This document shows positions 13,201 to 26,290 of a stretch of DNA of 64,000 bases, in pieces. A model generated the notes under the pieces. That model ran no database searches. It was given only the letters and a program-made list of their open reading frames with translations, and was not told the DNA's origin. Source of the stretch: Lytechinus pictus (lineage: Eukaryota); contig NC_087252.1 of the NCBI RefSeq assembly GCF_037042905.1, positions 15,130,001 through 15,194,000 of the forward strand. The letters run 5' to 3'. A program made the position numbers and the translations under genes. The stretch's first letter is position 1. Each line of letters begins with the position of its first letter.

Positions 13201-15201
13201 AAGGATTGTTAACAGCGAGTGGGGGAAATCTTTGAACGAGCTGAACTGTCACTTGCACCCATTAGATAGCATAGCATCTGCTGTACGGTCAGCTCTCAAG
13301 AAGCATGAAGAGGCAAGTGGAAAAGTGTATGGGAAGGACTGCATTGCTGCAAATATTGTTTTGCAAATGAATAAACTGAGATACAAGAATGGAAAAGGTG
13401 ACCCAAAGGGGTTTGTTGCATTCTTAGATGAGGAGTCAATTCCTAGAGGTGTGCTGCCTCGTTATCGCGGAAACAGATTACATGTTCTGTTCCATATCAG
13501 TGGGAAACTCGTCGAATACTACGAGAGCTTTGTTACTTTCCTGAAGAATGGAGTATCCTGCGGTGGTTTAAGAAGCGCCATTCTCCATGACTTCACCCTG
13601 CCAACAGCTAGAGTCGAGTTACAGATTCTGGGCTTACTCGGAAAACTGCTTACAGGACCTTGGATGAAGAAGTTCTATACCCCAAGTCAGACGCAGATTA
13701 ATCATATAGATGGCATCGGCTTGGTTAAGGAGGTGATCGTTGCCCTCAAGGATGCAAAAGAGAATCCTGAGGAACTAATTACGACCAAAAAGGATTTTTT
13801 TGGTGAGGAGATTCAACCTGATGCTACATTGTCAATACTTCAGGAACTTCCAGAAGAGCCGCAGTACAAGTCAATGATGAAGGCATGTCTTGAAGCTGTC
13901 ATAACAGTCCTTGAAAGGCAGTACAGCAAATACTTTGCCATGAACATCACAGAAGAGCTGAGAAAAGAGACAGAATCAGCAAGGTCCCATAATATAGATG
14001 CTGAGGAAATTATGGGCATGTTCAGTGCAATGAAGCAAAAGAGTCCAAGTGCTACAATGTGCTATCTGTCATGCAGGATGAGGTCCTGCAAGAATAAAAC
14101 TGTAAAATATCTGGATGATATGGATGAAGCAAGAAGGCATGATATTATCCAAAAGGCTGTGAAGTTGGGACAGGTGCAGAGAGCAAGACGGAAAAGGAAT
14201 CAAAAAGAGTTGAGGAAAGAAATCATCAGGAGGCAGAAAGAGAAAAGACATTTGCAAGAAAAGAAAGAAAGGAAAAAGGTTGAGAAGAGACTGAAAGAGA
14301 CTGACTTTGACACTGTTCAAAATTCCTTTCCACACTTAGAATACTCAAAAGAAAAATGTGATATTGTAAATGATGTTCTGAGTGGCATGGTGGTTGGAAG
14401 AAAAGCCTGTCATGTATGGCACGAGGATGGAAAGGAGGTGCTGTATAATGCCAAATTAGAAAGACTAAGGAAGGGAACATACAGAGTAGGTTATTGGTCA
14501 CAGTCTGAGAACTATGAGGATGCAACAGACTATGATATGTCAAAGTTCAAGCTTGCAACTGATGTTCTATATGGCGATTTGGTTTTTTGTTAGATAATCC
14601 GTACGGTAAATTTTCACCTTTCCCTGTTAAACACAATTTAGTTAATATTTAATGAGCAAACTCAATAATATATTGCTAATTAATGTTAATAACTAATTGA
14701 ATATAAGTTTTAGTTGTATTAATCACTTAAGTACAGTATGTTTAACACCTCAAAGATTTCTTTCAATATTTCTACCATTTTTAGAGTGAAATAACCGTTT
14801 ATCGAGTCACATATTAATCATTCATTAGTCATGATTAGTCATTAATTATGTATCAACAGTCTTTCCCAAAATAATCTATCAAGACAGACAAATGTATTTG
14901 GTAGCAGTTATTTCACTCTACTAATGGTAACAATTTCAGATGGATTTCTTTATCCTGAAGAAAGTTATGACCATTTTCATTCTTCAATAGTGTGTTCTCG
15001 ATCACAGTTTTTGGTCATCTACATAGGAAATGAATGCGGTGTCAATATGCAAATTTTTTCGTATAAAATTAGCATAACTTCCTTAATCTAAAACATATAG
15101 GGATGAGTAAGGTATCAAATTAAAGGTTTTTGCAAGCTCTATTCAATGAGATAAGTTTCAAGATGTTTCCATGATTTTTATTTTTTTTGTAACATACCTA
15201 C
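10256..15201 (+). mobile_element. Full-length 4.9-kb cut-and-paste DNA transposon, superfamily unresolved (hAT-like DDE/CxxH transposase)
   Basis: 15-bp TIR GTAGGTATGTTGCAA / TTGTAACATACCTAC (1 mismatch); TSD ACAAT at 10251-10255 and 15202-15206; removing the element and one TSD restores an intact minisatellite unit. Confidence 0.9.
11737..14593 (+). pseudogene. Putative transposase (~950 aa) split by one frameshift near 12794-12808
   Basis: ORFs 11737-12828 and 12860-14593 join if one base is removed (..MSQM-KRHGIQVESVPQRSAVELMALKLG..). Motifs: NLS PPKKRRKV, GFDATT, SDR, CHLH, RGNR, GPW, NIDAEEIMGMFS. A branch-point-like CTAAC and a TTTTCAG acceptor precede the ATG. Confidence 0.8.
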
Positions 15202-15732
<531 letters not shown>

Positions 15733-16666
15733 TTATCATATATGGCTTGAGAAAGTAATGTTCTCCTAAATAACTTGATACCATATTTATGTGGTATGTG
15801 TTAACGCTTGGATGACCAGGACGTATTCTTTGCAGTGATGGAAATTTTGATTTTGATTTTGATTAATAAATGAATCCAGATGCCAATGATGTCGTAATCC
15901 TACACGAGGTAGTAAACATTTTTGCTAATCCCTTTTCAATGAAATTAACTTGTTAATTTTTTATTAAACAATTGTAATGTAAATTACTGAAAATTTGTTT
16001 TGAAATGAATTGCAATGCAACCCTTGTCCCCCCCCCCCCACCCATATCAAATTGCCCTGGCAAAACTTCCCTGCATTAAAAGTTTTAAATTTTCGCATCG
16101 ACAATGAATAAAAGTTCCTCGAAGTAGCACATGGTGTGGATTTGCTATTCACTCTGTGCACTGAAGGAGAAATTTTACTTCTTGTTCAGTGATGTGTAAC
16201 CTAACAACTGTTAGTCTGCTTGTTCCATAGCTAGCGCTAGTCTGGTAGCATCTGATTTCGCAATCTCATTTCACATTTTGAGGAGGAATCATCGTAAAAC
16301 TTGTTACTTGTGCTATCGCTCTTGCTGTATACTATTTTTACCTTCAAACTACCAGAAGTTACCTGGGGGTGTTTCACAAAGATTTAATTATGACTCAGAG
16401 TCGCACTTAAATGCCGACATTTACATGATTTGCAATGTGCAATCTAATTGATTAATGCGCAGTAGTGCGTGTCCTCTTGGCATAATCTGACCAATGCGGT
16501 CATGACTTTTGAAGCGCCCGCAACGAGGCATTTAAGTGAACTCTAAGTCATACTTAAATCTTTGTGAAACACCACCCTGGTAACATAAGTAAATGGGATG
16601 AGCTACATCCAGGAACTTTTTTGTTAATTGTCAAGAGCGAGAATTGACAAAGAATAAGGTACTTAC

Positions 16667-16761
16667 TTGGAGTGTTTTTGTTCCCTTAGATCAATGTTAA
16701 AGACTGCAGCATCCTCTCCGCATGACATAAAAACCACTGGGCTGTCAGGCTCAAGACCAAG
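16667..16761 (-). CDS. DCAF8: DCAF8 coding exon 3 ([31 protein letters not shown])
   Basis: TAG acceptor, GTAAGT donor, phase 0/2. Confidence 0.92.
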
Positions 16762-17318
16762 CTAAATAAATAACAGTAATAATAAACAAAGTTTATAACG
16801 TTCTTTAATATAATATGTTTTATACATAGTGCAATTACAAAAAAATATATACACAAATATCAAATGCATGTTTGATTGATTAAAATGTTTTCTAGATATG
16901 AGTTACATTCATGCATTCGTCACTTTCTTGACATTTCTGTATGCTCCTCTTTGTTTACAAAGGACATTGTGCAAATTTCCTGTAGAAAAAAATTATGACA
17001 TTGATGGATTTCCATATAATTGAGGTTGATCGGATCAATCACAACTCTTTGTAAGACGGGACCTAGGAGTCAGTGTATTCCATCTCCGGTGCATGTGGTG
17101 GCCTAGGTAAAGGCATTGCTAAGCTTTCTGGCTGAAGACCAAGGTATTTAGGATATGTACATGTATCACCTTACATTGCCTGCAACACAGAACAAAGTAC
17201 AGGACATTTATGTATTAAAACATATATGTATCATGTGTATCATTAATCATGGTGTAGGCTGTAGATGCACAGTACATGTACATTACAGTAATCTACATGT
17301 ATAAACATTTGAGCAATG

Positions 17319-17619
17319 TAATAATAACAATAATAATAACAACAGTATATTTACCAAGGGTAGCCACTTCAGTTCCGAAAACTGTTCTCCCAGCGGGCCC
17401 TGCTATTATTTTTACCCCGGCTAAGCTAGGCTACCGATTCAGGTGCACACAGCTTTTTGAGGAATTGCTTCCTGCCGGTACCCATTCACCTCACCTGGGT
17501 CGAGTGCAGCACGCTGTGGATGAATTCCTTGCTGAAGGAAATTACACAATGGCTGGGATTTGAATCCATGACCCTCTGTTTCAAAGTCAGGAGACTAATC
17601 CACTGGGCCATGACGTTCC
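17319..17619 (-). mobile_element. tRNA-derived SINE
   Basis: A-box and B-box-like head, central GTGCTGCACTCGACCCAGGTGAGG block, (ATT)n tail; same family as 57669-57942. Confidence 0.75.
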
Positions 17620-17638
17620 ACAGACCAACATGATTATA

Positions 17639-18450
17639 CAGTGCGTCCCAGAAAAAACGAAACTGAGATTTAGCGATGATTCATCATAACTTAATCACAA
17701 ATACAATAAACAAATGACCTACCAATGTAAAGCTTAGAATCTCCTCTTTCGTCTGATATTACTTAGATTATTCCTCATTCACGCAGTGAGCAAAAACAAT
17801 TTGAAGAAAGGATACCAAAAACTCATTTGGCGGGGTGTATCTGAATTTCAAAAAGAAAATCACATGTCTTAAAAGTTCAATATCTGCTCTTTAATTTGAT
17901 ACCTCAATTACAGAAAATGGTCAAGAGATAACAAAGTTCTGGTTATTTGAAATAAGGCTTGAATTTCCATAATTTCGTTAAATAAACTGTTTTCACCGGT
18001 TTCCCACAGAAGCTATTGCATGGTTAACAAAAGACTTAATGCATGGCTGATCGTAAACAAAACGGAGTGTCGAGTGAGTTTGAACGCTAGCCTGTAAAAC
18101 CTCTTCATTTTATGAAATTATTGAAATTCAAGCCTTATTTCAAATAACCAGAACTTTGTTATTTCTTGACCATTTTCTGCAATTGAGGTATCAAATTAAA
18201 GAGCAGATATTGAACTTTTGAACTGGTTTTCCTTTTGAAAGCCAGATACAACCTGCCAAATGACTTTTTGGTATCCCCTCTTCAGATTGTTTTTGCTTAC
18301 TCATGCGTGAAGGAGAAATAATCTAAGTAATATCAGATGAAAGAGGAGATTCTAAGCTTTACATTGATAGGTCATTTGTCTATTTTATTTGTGATTAAGT
18401 TATGATAAATCATCGCTAAATCTCGGTTTTGTTTTTTCTGGGACGCACTG
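17639..18450. mobile_element. Tc1/mariner-type foldback MITE with ~340-bp TIRs
   Basis: TA TSD; termini CAGTGCGTCCCAGAAAAAAC / GTTTTTTCTGGGACGCACTG; long inverted arms. Confidence 0.85.
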
Positions 18451-18710
18451 TATAGCGCATATCACTGCCAAATGCTTGCGTCCCTATGCGCTCAATTGGA
18501 TATCATTTCCCTGGCTTTAGCCCCGCAGCTGTTTACAGCACGGTGGCATTCCAAGGAATAAATTCCTGCCAGGTACCTGTTTACTTCACCTGGGTTGAGT
18601 GCAGCACAATGTGGACTATTTTTTGCCGAAAGAATTTACGCCATGGCTGGCAAAAAATATTTATCCATTTTCGGGGGGGCTACTGGGTCTTCTGGATCCT
18701 CCACTGACAT

Positions 18711-19730
18711 CAGGGCCCCGTCTTACAAAGAGTTATGATTGATCCGATCAATCGCAACTATGGAAAGCCAGCAAAGTCAACATATAAAATGCATGTTTGT
18801 TAATAAAATTCTAGATATGAATGTATATCCATAAATTCATTGATTTCTTGACAGTTTGGTGTGTTCTCCTTTGTTTACAAAGGACATTTTGCAAATTTCC
18901 TATAGAAAAAATTATGACACTGATGGATTTCCATAGAGATACGATTGATTGGATCAATCATAACTCTTTGTAAGATGGGGCCCAGGGCCGTGTCTTACAA
19001 GGAGTTGCAATTTATCTGATAAACCACAATTATGGAAAGCCAGCATACATGTAATATAAAATGCATGTTTGTTCAAAATATTTTCTAAATATGTTGGGTA
19101 TTCCTACATTCATCAATTTCTTAGAAATGGCGTGAGCTTCTCTTTGCTTATGAAGGACATTGTGCAAATTTCCAGTATAAAGAAATTATGACATTGATGG
19201 ATTTCCATACAGTTGAGAGGTTGATCGGATCAATTGTAACTCTTTGTAAGACGGGCCTCGGGAGTCCCTTACAGAGTTGTGATTGATCTGATCAATCTCA
19301 ACATCCATCGATGCCATAATTTTCATATAGTAGATTGGCACAACATTGCTTTAGAGCACAGAGAAGCACACTGTATTGTCACTTAAACAATGATGCATAC
19401 AAAATATGTGAGGAAATATTTTGAATCTATGCATTTTAGATGTTGAGGTTGCTGGCTTTCCCTGTCTTACAAAGAGTTATGATTGATCCAATCAATCGTA
19501 ACTCTATGGAAATCCATCAGAGTCATAATTTTTCTCCAGGATATTTGCAAAATGTCCTTTGTAAACAAAGGAGATCACATCAAATTGTCAAGAAATCAAT
19601 GAATTTATGGATATATACATTCATATCTAGAATTTTTTTAAACAAACATGCATTTTATATGTTGACTTTGCTGGCTTTCCAGCTCTGCGATTGATCAGAT
19701 CAATCGCAACTTTTGTAAGACAGGGCCCAG
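18711..19730. mobile_element. Cluster of 3-4 adjacent or nested ~270-bp MITEs (GGGCCCCGTCTTACAAAGAGTT family)
   Basis: Repeated TIR GGGCCCCGTCTTACAAAGAGTT...AACTCTTTGTAAGACGGGGCCC; other copies at about 16870-17065, 49960-50230 and 53461-53730. Confidence 0.75.
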
Positions 19731-19741
19731 CATTCACTTAC

Positions 19742-19882
19742 CTTGTGTGCTGCTCCTTTGTGTTGCACGATCTTCTTAGTCTCTTTGCAGACCCCGGTGG
19801 TCGAGAGTTCAGCGACCCTAACCTGACCATCTCTGGCGCAGCTGACCAGAGTCGCATCACCGCTGCATGGCATGAACTTAGC
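19742..19882 (-). CDS. DCAF8: DCAF8 coding exon 2 ([26 protein letters not shown]...QHKGAAHK)
   Basis: CAG acceptor, GTAAGT donor, phase 0/0; conserved [12 protein letters not shown]. Confidence 0.93.
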
Positions 19883-20065
19883 CTGTATCATCAGCACAAA
19901 CGAATTAAAGGTTAAAGAGTATTGAAGTTTGACTTCATTAATTTTCTGTTTATTTAAACTTCAGCAATTTCATGAAAATATTGAAGTAGATCATGAAAAC
20001 CTTCATATCACAAATTTGACACAAGTAGATCATGGTGGCCCAAGTATGGTCAAATGAATACCTTA

Positions 20066-20441
20066 AGGCCACAGCAAACCTTACTGCGACCCGATTCTGA
20101 AATAAAACGTAATAAAATTTGATCCAATAGACATGGAACATAGTACTGTTTGAGTTTTTTATTTGTCGTACAAATATTTATGCCTGTGACTATGCTATCA
20201 TCCTTATTAGAATGATAAAGCGAATTGAATATCTAGTGGTAATGACGTCATAGCAATTGTACAATTGGCTACGATTTGAAACCAATTTGGCTTGCAATCA
20301 TCCAAAATTGTTATACTAGTAACCTTATAGCTAAATATGAACCTCAAAAAAGATACTTTTCATTCACATTTTCAGAAAAATAGTAAAATGCGATTCGTTT
20401 AAAATCGGATCGTGGACCAGTCATAAGGCGTGCAGTGGCCT
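20066..20441. mobile_element. Probable PIF/Harbinger-type MITE
   Basis: TIR AGGCCACAGCA / TGCAGTGGCCT, flanked by TTA and TGA. Confidence 0.5.
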
Positions 20442-21152
20442 TGAAAAAGGCAATATTCAAATCAGTGTAAAATGATGTGGTTTATAACTGCTTGGAACCA
20501 GGCCAATTTATAGTGATTTCAATGGGGATTGGCCATATATTGGGTCCCAAAGGAGCACTTCTCACCAACTTTGAGTTGAGGTATCATGGCCGAGTGGTCT
20601 ATTAAGGAGCCTGAGTATCCATGTGAAAGTCCAAGGTTCTATCCCCGGCCATGGCACCTAAAAATGTATGCCCGTGAGCAAGGCACTCTGTTATATTTCA
20701 TTCAAATAAATGAATAAATTCTTGGTGACTATGTTTTCTGGTTGAGGATGTTTTTCATTTGCCAAGATTGGTATAAAAAACGCTGAAATGCAAACAATTT
20801 TTTGTGTGAGGTCATCACTTCGATACTCTGACAAAAGTGGTCTTACATGTACATGAAAACATATGTGCATGCAAAACATCATTTCAAGGGCATAGGCTGG
20901 GGGGAGGGGTGCACTGGATGCACATGCACCCCCCCTTCTTCTGCTTTCAACAGCTGATTATCCAAACTTCAGTTCCACCTCCCCAAGATGTGCAACCCCC
21001 ATACCACTTTAGTTCCTCCTCCAAAGGATGTGCACCTCCCCATGCTCAAACCAGCCTACGCCCTTGCATTTCAAAGACCACTCACAAAATCTGGGCCAAG
21101 TATCGTAAAGCTTCAATATCGGTTTATGCATCCACGAATGGAGCAAACTTAC

Positions 21153-21920
21153 CTGAAAAACATTGCTCCTGTGCCCACTTTCAAAGATGAGTTTGGGTTT
21201 CTGCTGGGCCCAATCCCACAGCACGATCTCCAAATCATCGCTACCGCTCGCTAGAAGGTCACCTCCGGGGTTAAAATGCAAGGTGTTCACACAACCCTCG
21301 TGGTGTTTCAGTTCACAGTACTTATCAAGTCTTTCCACCAGTGGAATACTCCCCATGAATTTCAAACAGTACGGCAAGGGGCACCTCTGGTAGTGTCCAA
21401 ACTCACGCGCGCGTATCTCGTGAAGCGCCTGCGACTTGGGCGCAGGAAGATGCCTGCCGAGTATTTCATTCTCCATGTCGCTGCAGATGTCATGATCGCT
21501 TCCCTGCTTCGATCCTTCCTCGTCGGATTCTGTTTCTGAGTCACTGCTAGTGTTACTGTTCGAGACCCTTGATCTATCGTCCCTCCCCTCTTCCCCCCGC
21601 TTCCTCCTGTCACTGCCCTTGTTTTCTGTCCTTTCTGAAGAAGTCTCTGCCTCCCTCTCATCATCTCCTTCCTTTCTTTTGCTTTGGCATCCGCAATCTC
21701 TGTCTGCACATGACTTTGTGACACGGCTTCCTTCCCCCTCACCACTGGCGTTTCCAGGCTTCTCAGTATGGACGTCATTCTGAGTATTGCTGTTGCTCTT
21801 GTCACCTGCATTCTGCCTCTCCTCATCAGTTGTCTTGTCCACTGGATCACTGGTATGGTTGGTAGCCCCTTCTGACGTAGAGGATTCCAGTTTATCTCCT
21901 AATCCAGAGTCTTCTGCCAT
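21153..21920 (-). CDS. DCAF8: DCAF8 (DDB1- and CUL4-associated factor 8) first coding exon, 256 aa: acidic low-complexity N-terminus plus first WD40 repeats
   Basis: Exon starts at 21958 after TAG; AAGATGG start at 21920; HEGCVNTLHFN..LASGSDDL...WDW...FESGHRSNVFQ; GTAAGT donor. Confidence 0.92.
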
Positions 21921-22489
21921 CTTCACGCCGACCCTACTTCACACCTTGATTACAATACCTAGTTAAAAGAATAGAAAGATATTAATGGTGATTATTCAAT
22001 ACCATTCATACAGCCCATGTAATCTTCAGAGCAACTTATATCTGCAATACATTTAGATGAACAGCTTCGAAAACCCTTTTTACATACATGAAGCTTCCTG
22101 TCGATGTTCTTCTTATTCACAAATTTCCCCCAAGTGAGTGCTCTATTCATCTACATAAATGTAAATATGCTAATTTTGTCTACATATAAATAAAATGAGA
22201 AAAGATCTCCTACATGTACCTGACAACTCCTATCTGACACCACTCACACTAGTGCGAGGTTGGTATTTAGTATACTAACCTCGCACAAAGAATCGCATTT
22301 GGCAGTGGATTTCCTAACTGAAGTGGCTACCCTGGGTAAATAAAACATTATTATCATTATTATTATTAGGATTTCCTAGTGGGTCGCATGTGCTGCGACG
22401 CCACTTCTGGCGTCCATAACACACGACTTCTATGGCTTGATTTTTCTGTGCGCGGTGGCATGTAATGAACCCTTCAGTGATCTGACACC

Positions 22490-23440
22490 TACCACCTGAC
22501 AACTCTTACCCGGCAACTCCTACATGTATCTGACAACTCCCACCTGACAACTCCCACCTGACAACTCCCACCTGACAACTCCCACCTGACAACTCCCACC
22601 TGACAACTCCTACCTGACAACTCCCACCTGACAACTCCCACCTGACAACTCCCACCTGACAACTCCTACCTGACAACTCCCATCTGACAACTCCTTCCTG
22701 ACAACTCCCACCTGACAACTCCCATCTGACAACTCCCACCTGACAACTCCTACCTGACAACTCCCATCTGACAACTCCTTCCTAACAACTCCCACCTGAC
22801 AACTCCCATCTGACAACTCCCACCTGACAACTCCCACCTGACAACTCCCACCTGACAACTCCTACCTGACAACTCCTACCTGACAACTCCCACCTGACAA
22901 CTCCCACCTGACAACTCCCACCTGACAACTCCTACCTGACAACTCCCATCTGACAACTCCTTCCTGACAACTCCCACCTGACAACTCCCATCAGACAACT
23001 CCCACCTGACAACTCCTATCTGACATCTCCCACCTGACACCTCCCACCTGACAACTCCCACCTGACAACTCCCACCTCACCTGACACCTCCTACCTGACA
23101 ACTCCCACCTGACACCTCCCACCTGACAACTCCCACCTGACAACTCCCACCTGACAACTCCCACCTGACAACTCCCACCTGACAACTCCCATCTGACAAC
23201 TCCTTCCTGACAACTCCCACCTGACAACTCCCACCTGACAACTCCCATCTGACAACTCCCACCTGACAACTCCCACCTGACAACTCCCACCTGACAACTC
23301 CCACCTGACAACTCCCACCTGACAACTCCCACCTGACAACTCCATCTGACAACTCCCACCTGACAACTCCCACCTGACAACTCCCACCTGTCAACTCCCA
23401 CCTGACAACTCCTACTTGACAACTCCTACCTGACAACTCC
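22490..23440. repeat. 14-bp minisatellite (CCTGACAACTCCCA)n, roughly 65-70 copies
   Basis: Direct tandem repetition with few variants. Confidence 0.95.
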
Positions 23441-24994
23441 CAGCTAACAAATCCGATTTAGGACAACACCCACCTGACAACTCCTTCCAGAAAATTCCAA
23501 TCTGACAATTCCCAGAAATGTGAGATAAAATTTTAGGGACAGCTTTAGGATAATGTTCTGAATGAGCTTGTAAATATTGGAGCTTTAGTGTGGCAGGCCC
23601 AATTTTTCTTTCAACATTTTGTGATTCAAGCATTAAACATAGAAAAATGAAAATAAAGAAAAGATCTTCATCTTTCTTGGAGGAGGAATGTTCAACAACA
23701 AATTCTATGTCAGGCAAAAAAAAGAAAAGAAAACTTACCAAGAACTTACCAACCCCAAAAAATATCTGACAAAACACTGCCAACCAGTGGTGGATCCGGG
23801 GAGGGGGGGAGGGCACATCCGACCCGTACCCCCCCCCCCCTTTTGAGAGCCATAATCAAAATTTGTAATGTGAGAACCTTTTTTTTTGCTTGTCAAATTT
23901 TCATGTGCCCCCCTTTTGGAAAATCCTGGATCCGCCGCTGCTCCCAACATTTCCACATATTTCTCTCAAGGGCTCATCATATTTTTTATTTTAGAAAAAA
24001 AAAACAGGTCCTCGATCCCCATTGGGAGATAAAGCACTTTCCCATAAAAAAAATTTCTAAGTAGCTTACAAGAAAAAGTCCTCATATCTTTTGGGAGATC
24101 TCCCATAACAATAATTTTCTAGAAGCAAAAATAAAAGGTTCTTCCTTTCCCCCCCCCCCCTCCTCTTGATGGTCCTGGTTAACCCCTCCCCAAACAATAT
24201 TATTTTCCAAAATGTTCACATAATTTTTCCCCTCGACTTCACAGGTGAGGGCTTAGTCTCCCCCCCCCCCCTCCGGACCTCCATCACCATCTGTCTAATT
24301 TTTTTTTTGAGGGGGGGGGGCAAAAAACTGAAGTAAAAACTGACGAATGGTGCACGGTAGAACATCATATGAACAGCTCAGACACTCACTCACCAGAATG
24401 TCTAACCCTCCATTCCTATAACTGGCACTCTCTCAATGCTCCAACGCTCAGTAACGTTAGAGCTCTCTCTCTCTTTCTCTCATCCGACTTCTGTCTTTGC
24501 CTCGCTTAGATTATTTGCGTCGGAGATCATAGCCATACTCATCCGACATCCAAAGACAAGTCCAGACTACTGAGGAAGATTAGGCGGTGTGTAGATAAAA
24601 AAGAATGAAATAGAATCTATACGATATATGTTGCTTGCTGTGCTCCATCATGCATGTGGAGCACTGTGACTTGCGTGTGCACAACAGTCAACAGAAATCG
24701 CACAAGCCGGTAATGAAATCATGAATAAGTCACTGATCACTCCGGGCCGAGCTCCCGAGTCTAGCCAACTTTTTCGTCTGTGACTCGACTAGCAAGGGAT
24801 AAACATGGCATCATGCATAACCTGTCCTTGTTCATTGAATGAGTGGCATCATGTTTAATTCATTAAAGTCGTTAAATCAAAATACACTACTCACCATTGG
24901 CATTAACTATGCTATCAGATATCAGATCAATCATGAGTTAAGAACACCACATAATAAACAACATCAATCAGGCATGTAATTAAGGATATTTCCG

Positions 24995-25092
24995 ACTTAC
25001 CAAAATCCACAATGCAAAACGTAAACAAATGTCGGTCGCAAAAAAGTACTAGCTTGCTGCCATCAGCGACGTGTTTCACCAGACTTTTAAAA
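24995..25092. promoter_or_regulatory. Probable bidirectional promoter / abutting 5' UTRs of DCAF8 and PSMD9
   Basis: The genes are divergent; a minus-strand TTG|GTAAGT donor at 25000 lies 92 bp from the PSMD9 ATG. Confidence 0.5.
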
Positions 25093-25200
25093 ATGGCAGC
25101 CCCCATTTCTGCTGACGCTAGGGTGCATGTGCAGGGTTTGATCGCCAGGAAAGATGAAATGGAGGCAGAGATCAAGGCTTTGTTCGAAGTTTTGGAATCT
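25093..25200 (+). CDS. PSMD9: PSMD9 (26S proteasome assembly chaperone p27/Nas2) exon 1
   Basis: AAAATGGC start; MAAPISADARVHVQGLIARKDEMEAEIKALFEVLES; GTGAGT donor. Confidence 0.9.
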
Positions 25201-25698
25201 GTGAGTGACATGTGTATGAAATTTAGTCATTTTGTGAGCTCATACTTTCCATTATGCTTATAAAAACATATTTATTCGACCACTGTGCTTACTTCAGTCC
25301 CACTCATTCATTTTGGTGCATGTGTCATGGCCACGTTGTACGCACTCTTCTCACACGTATTGCGAGGTTAGTATACTAAACTAATCTCGCACTACGAACG
25401 TGTCTACGCAGTGGATATTTTTTTTTGTCGGTTAACACATCACTTCATAATGGGTGTAACTTTGTTAGCCGAAACTCATTCAGCTACTCGGCTCACCAGG
25501 CCAGGGCTTAGTTAAATTCATTTCTGGTGAAAATAGTTCCATTTTCAGTTTTTTATTATTTTTTACATAAAATTAAACTTAAACTGCACATAAAAAAGAG
25601 CAAAATCGCGTATCTCGACCCACTCAAGGGTTCATTACATGCCGCCGCGCTCAGACAAATCAAGCCATACAAGTCGTGTGTTGTGGACACCAGAATAG

Positions 25699-26290
25699 TG
25701 TAACCGAAATCACCTTTGAACTTTGCTCACCAGGTTCTTCCACAAAAATATATTGCGATTCAACACATTCTCACGTGCACTCATTCCTCAGTCTACTCAC
25801 GTTTTCACAATCTCTGCTCCCGGTCATCTGACTAACTTAATTAGAAATAAAATAAGAATCAACTCAATTTGAAATTACCTTCAAGTCTTGGTCTTGGCCT
25901 ACTAAACTGGAGCAGTGGTTACACAAATATCTGCTCCCAATCGATTATCTTCTGACTTCAGAGCTAGAGCGAAACAATACACATGATACAGGAGCCAAAC
26001 TACAACCACTCCTCACAGTACGAGAGCTACACAACAACTGCACCCATCGAGGGCCAAACTTCAACTAACTAACCCCCTCCTTCAAGTGTGGGTGTAGGGG
26101 AGTCCCTAAACACATGAGTGCACAAGGCACTCTTACATAAAGATACACACATGTAGTGTACACAGAGAGACTGCACTACTGTGCATAGGGAAGATGGGAA
26201 TAGTAGGAGAGAGATAGACAGAGAGAGAGAGAGAGAGAAGAATAACAGAGGTAGTCTACTACCAGACTCTAAATAGGCAGTTTTGTTACA
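25699..26290 (-). repeat. 3' LTR of the Gypsy element
   Basis: Near-identical to 33916-34515 (about 3 substitutions and one 8-bp indel seen by eye). Confidence 0.95.

Noticed and set aside
22506..23436. Repetitive ORFs (GSCQVGVVRWELS)
   Set aside because: Translation artefacts of a 14-bp minisatellite, open in several frames.
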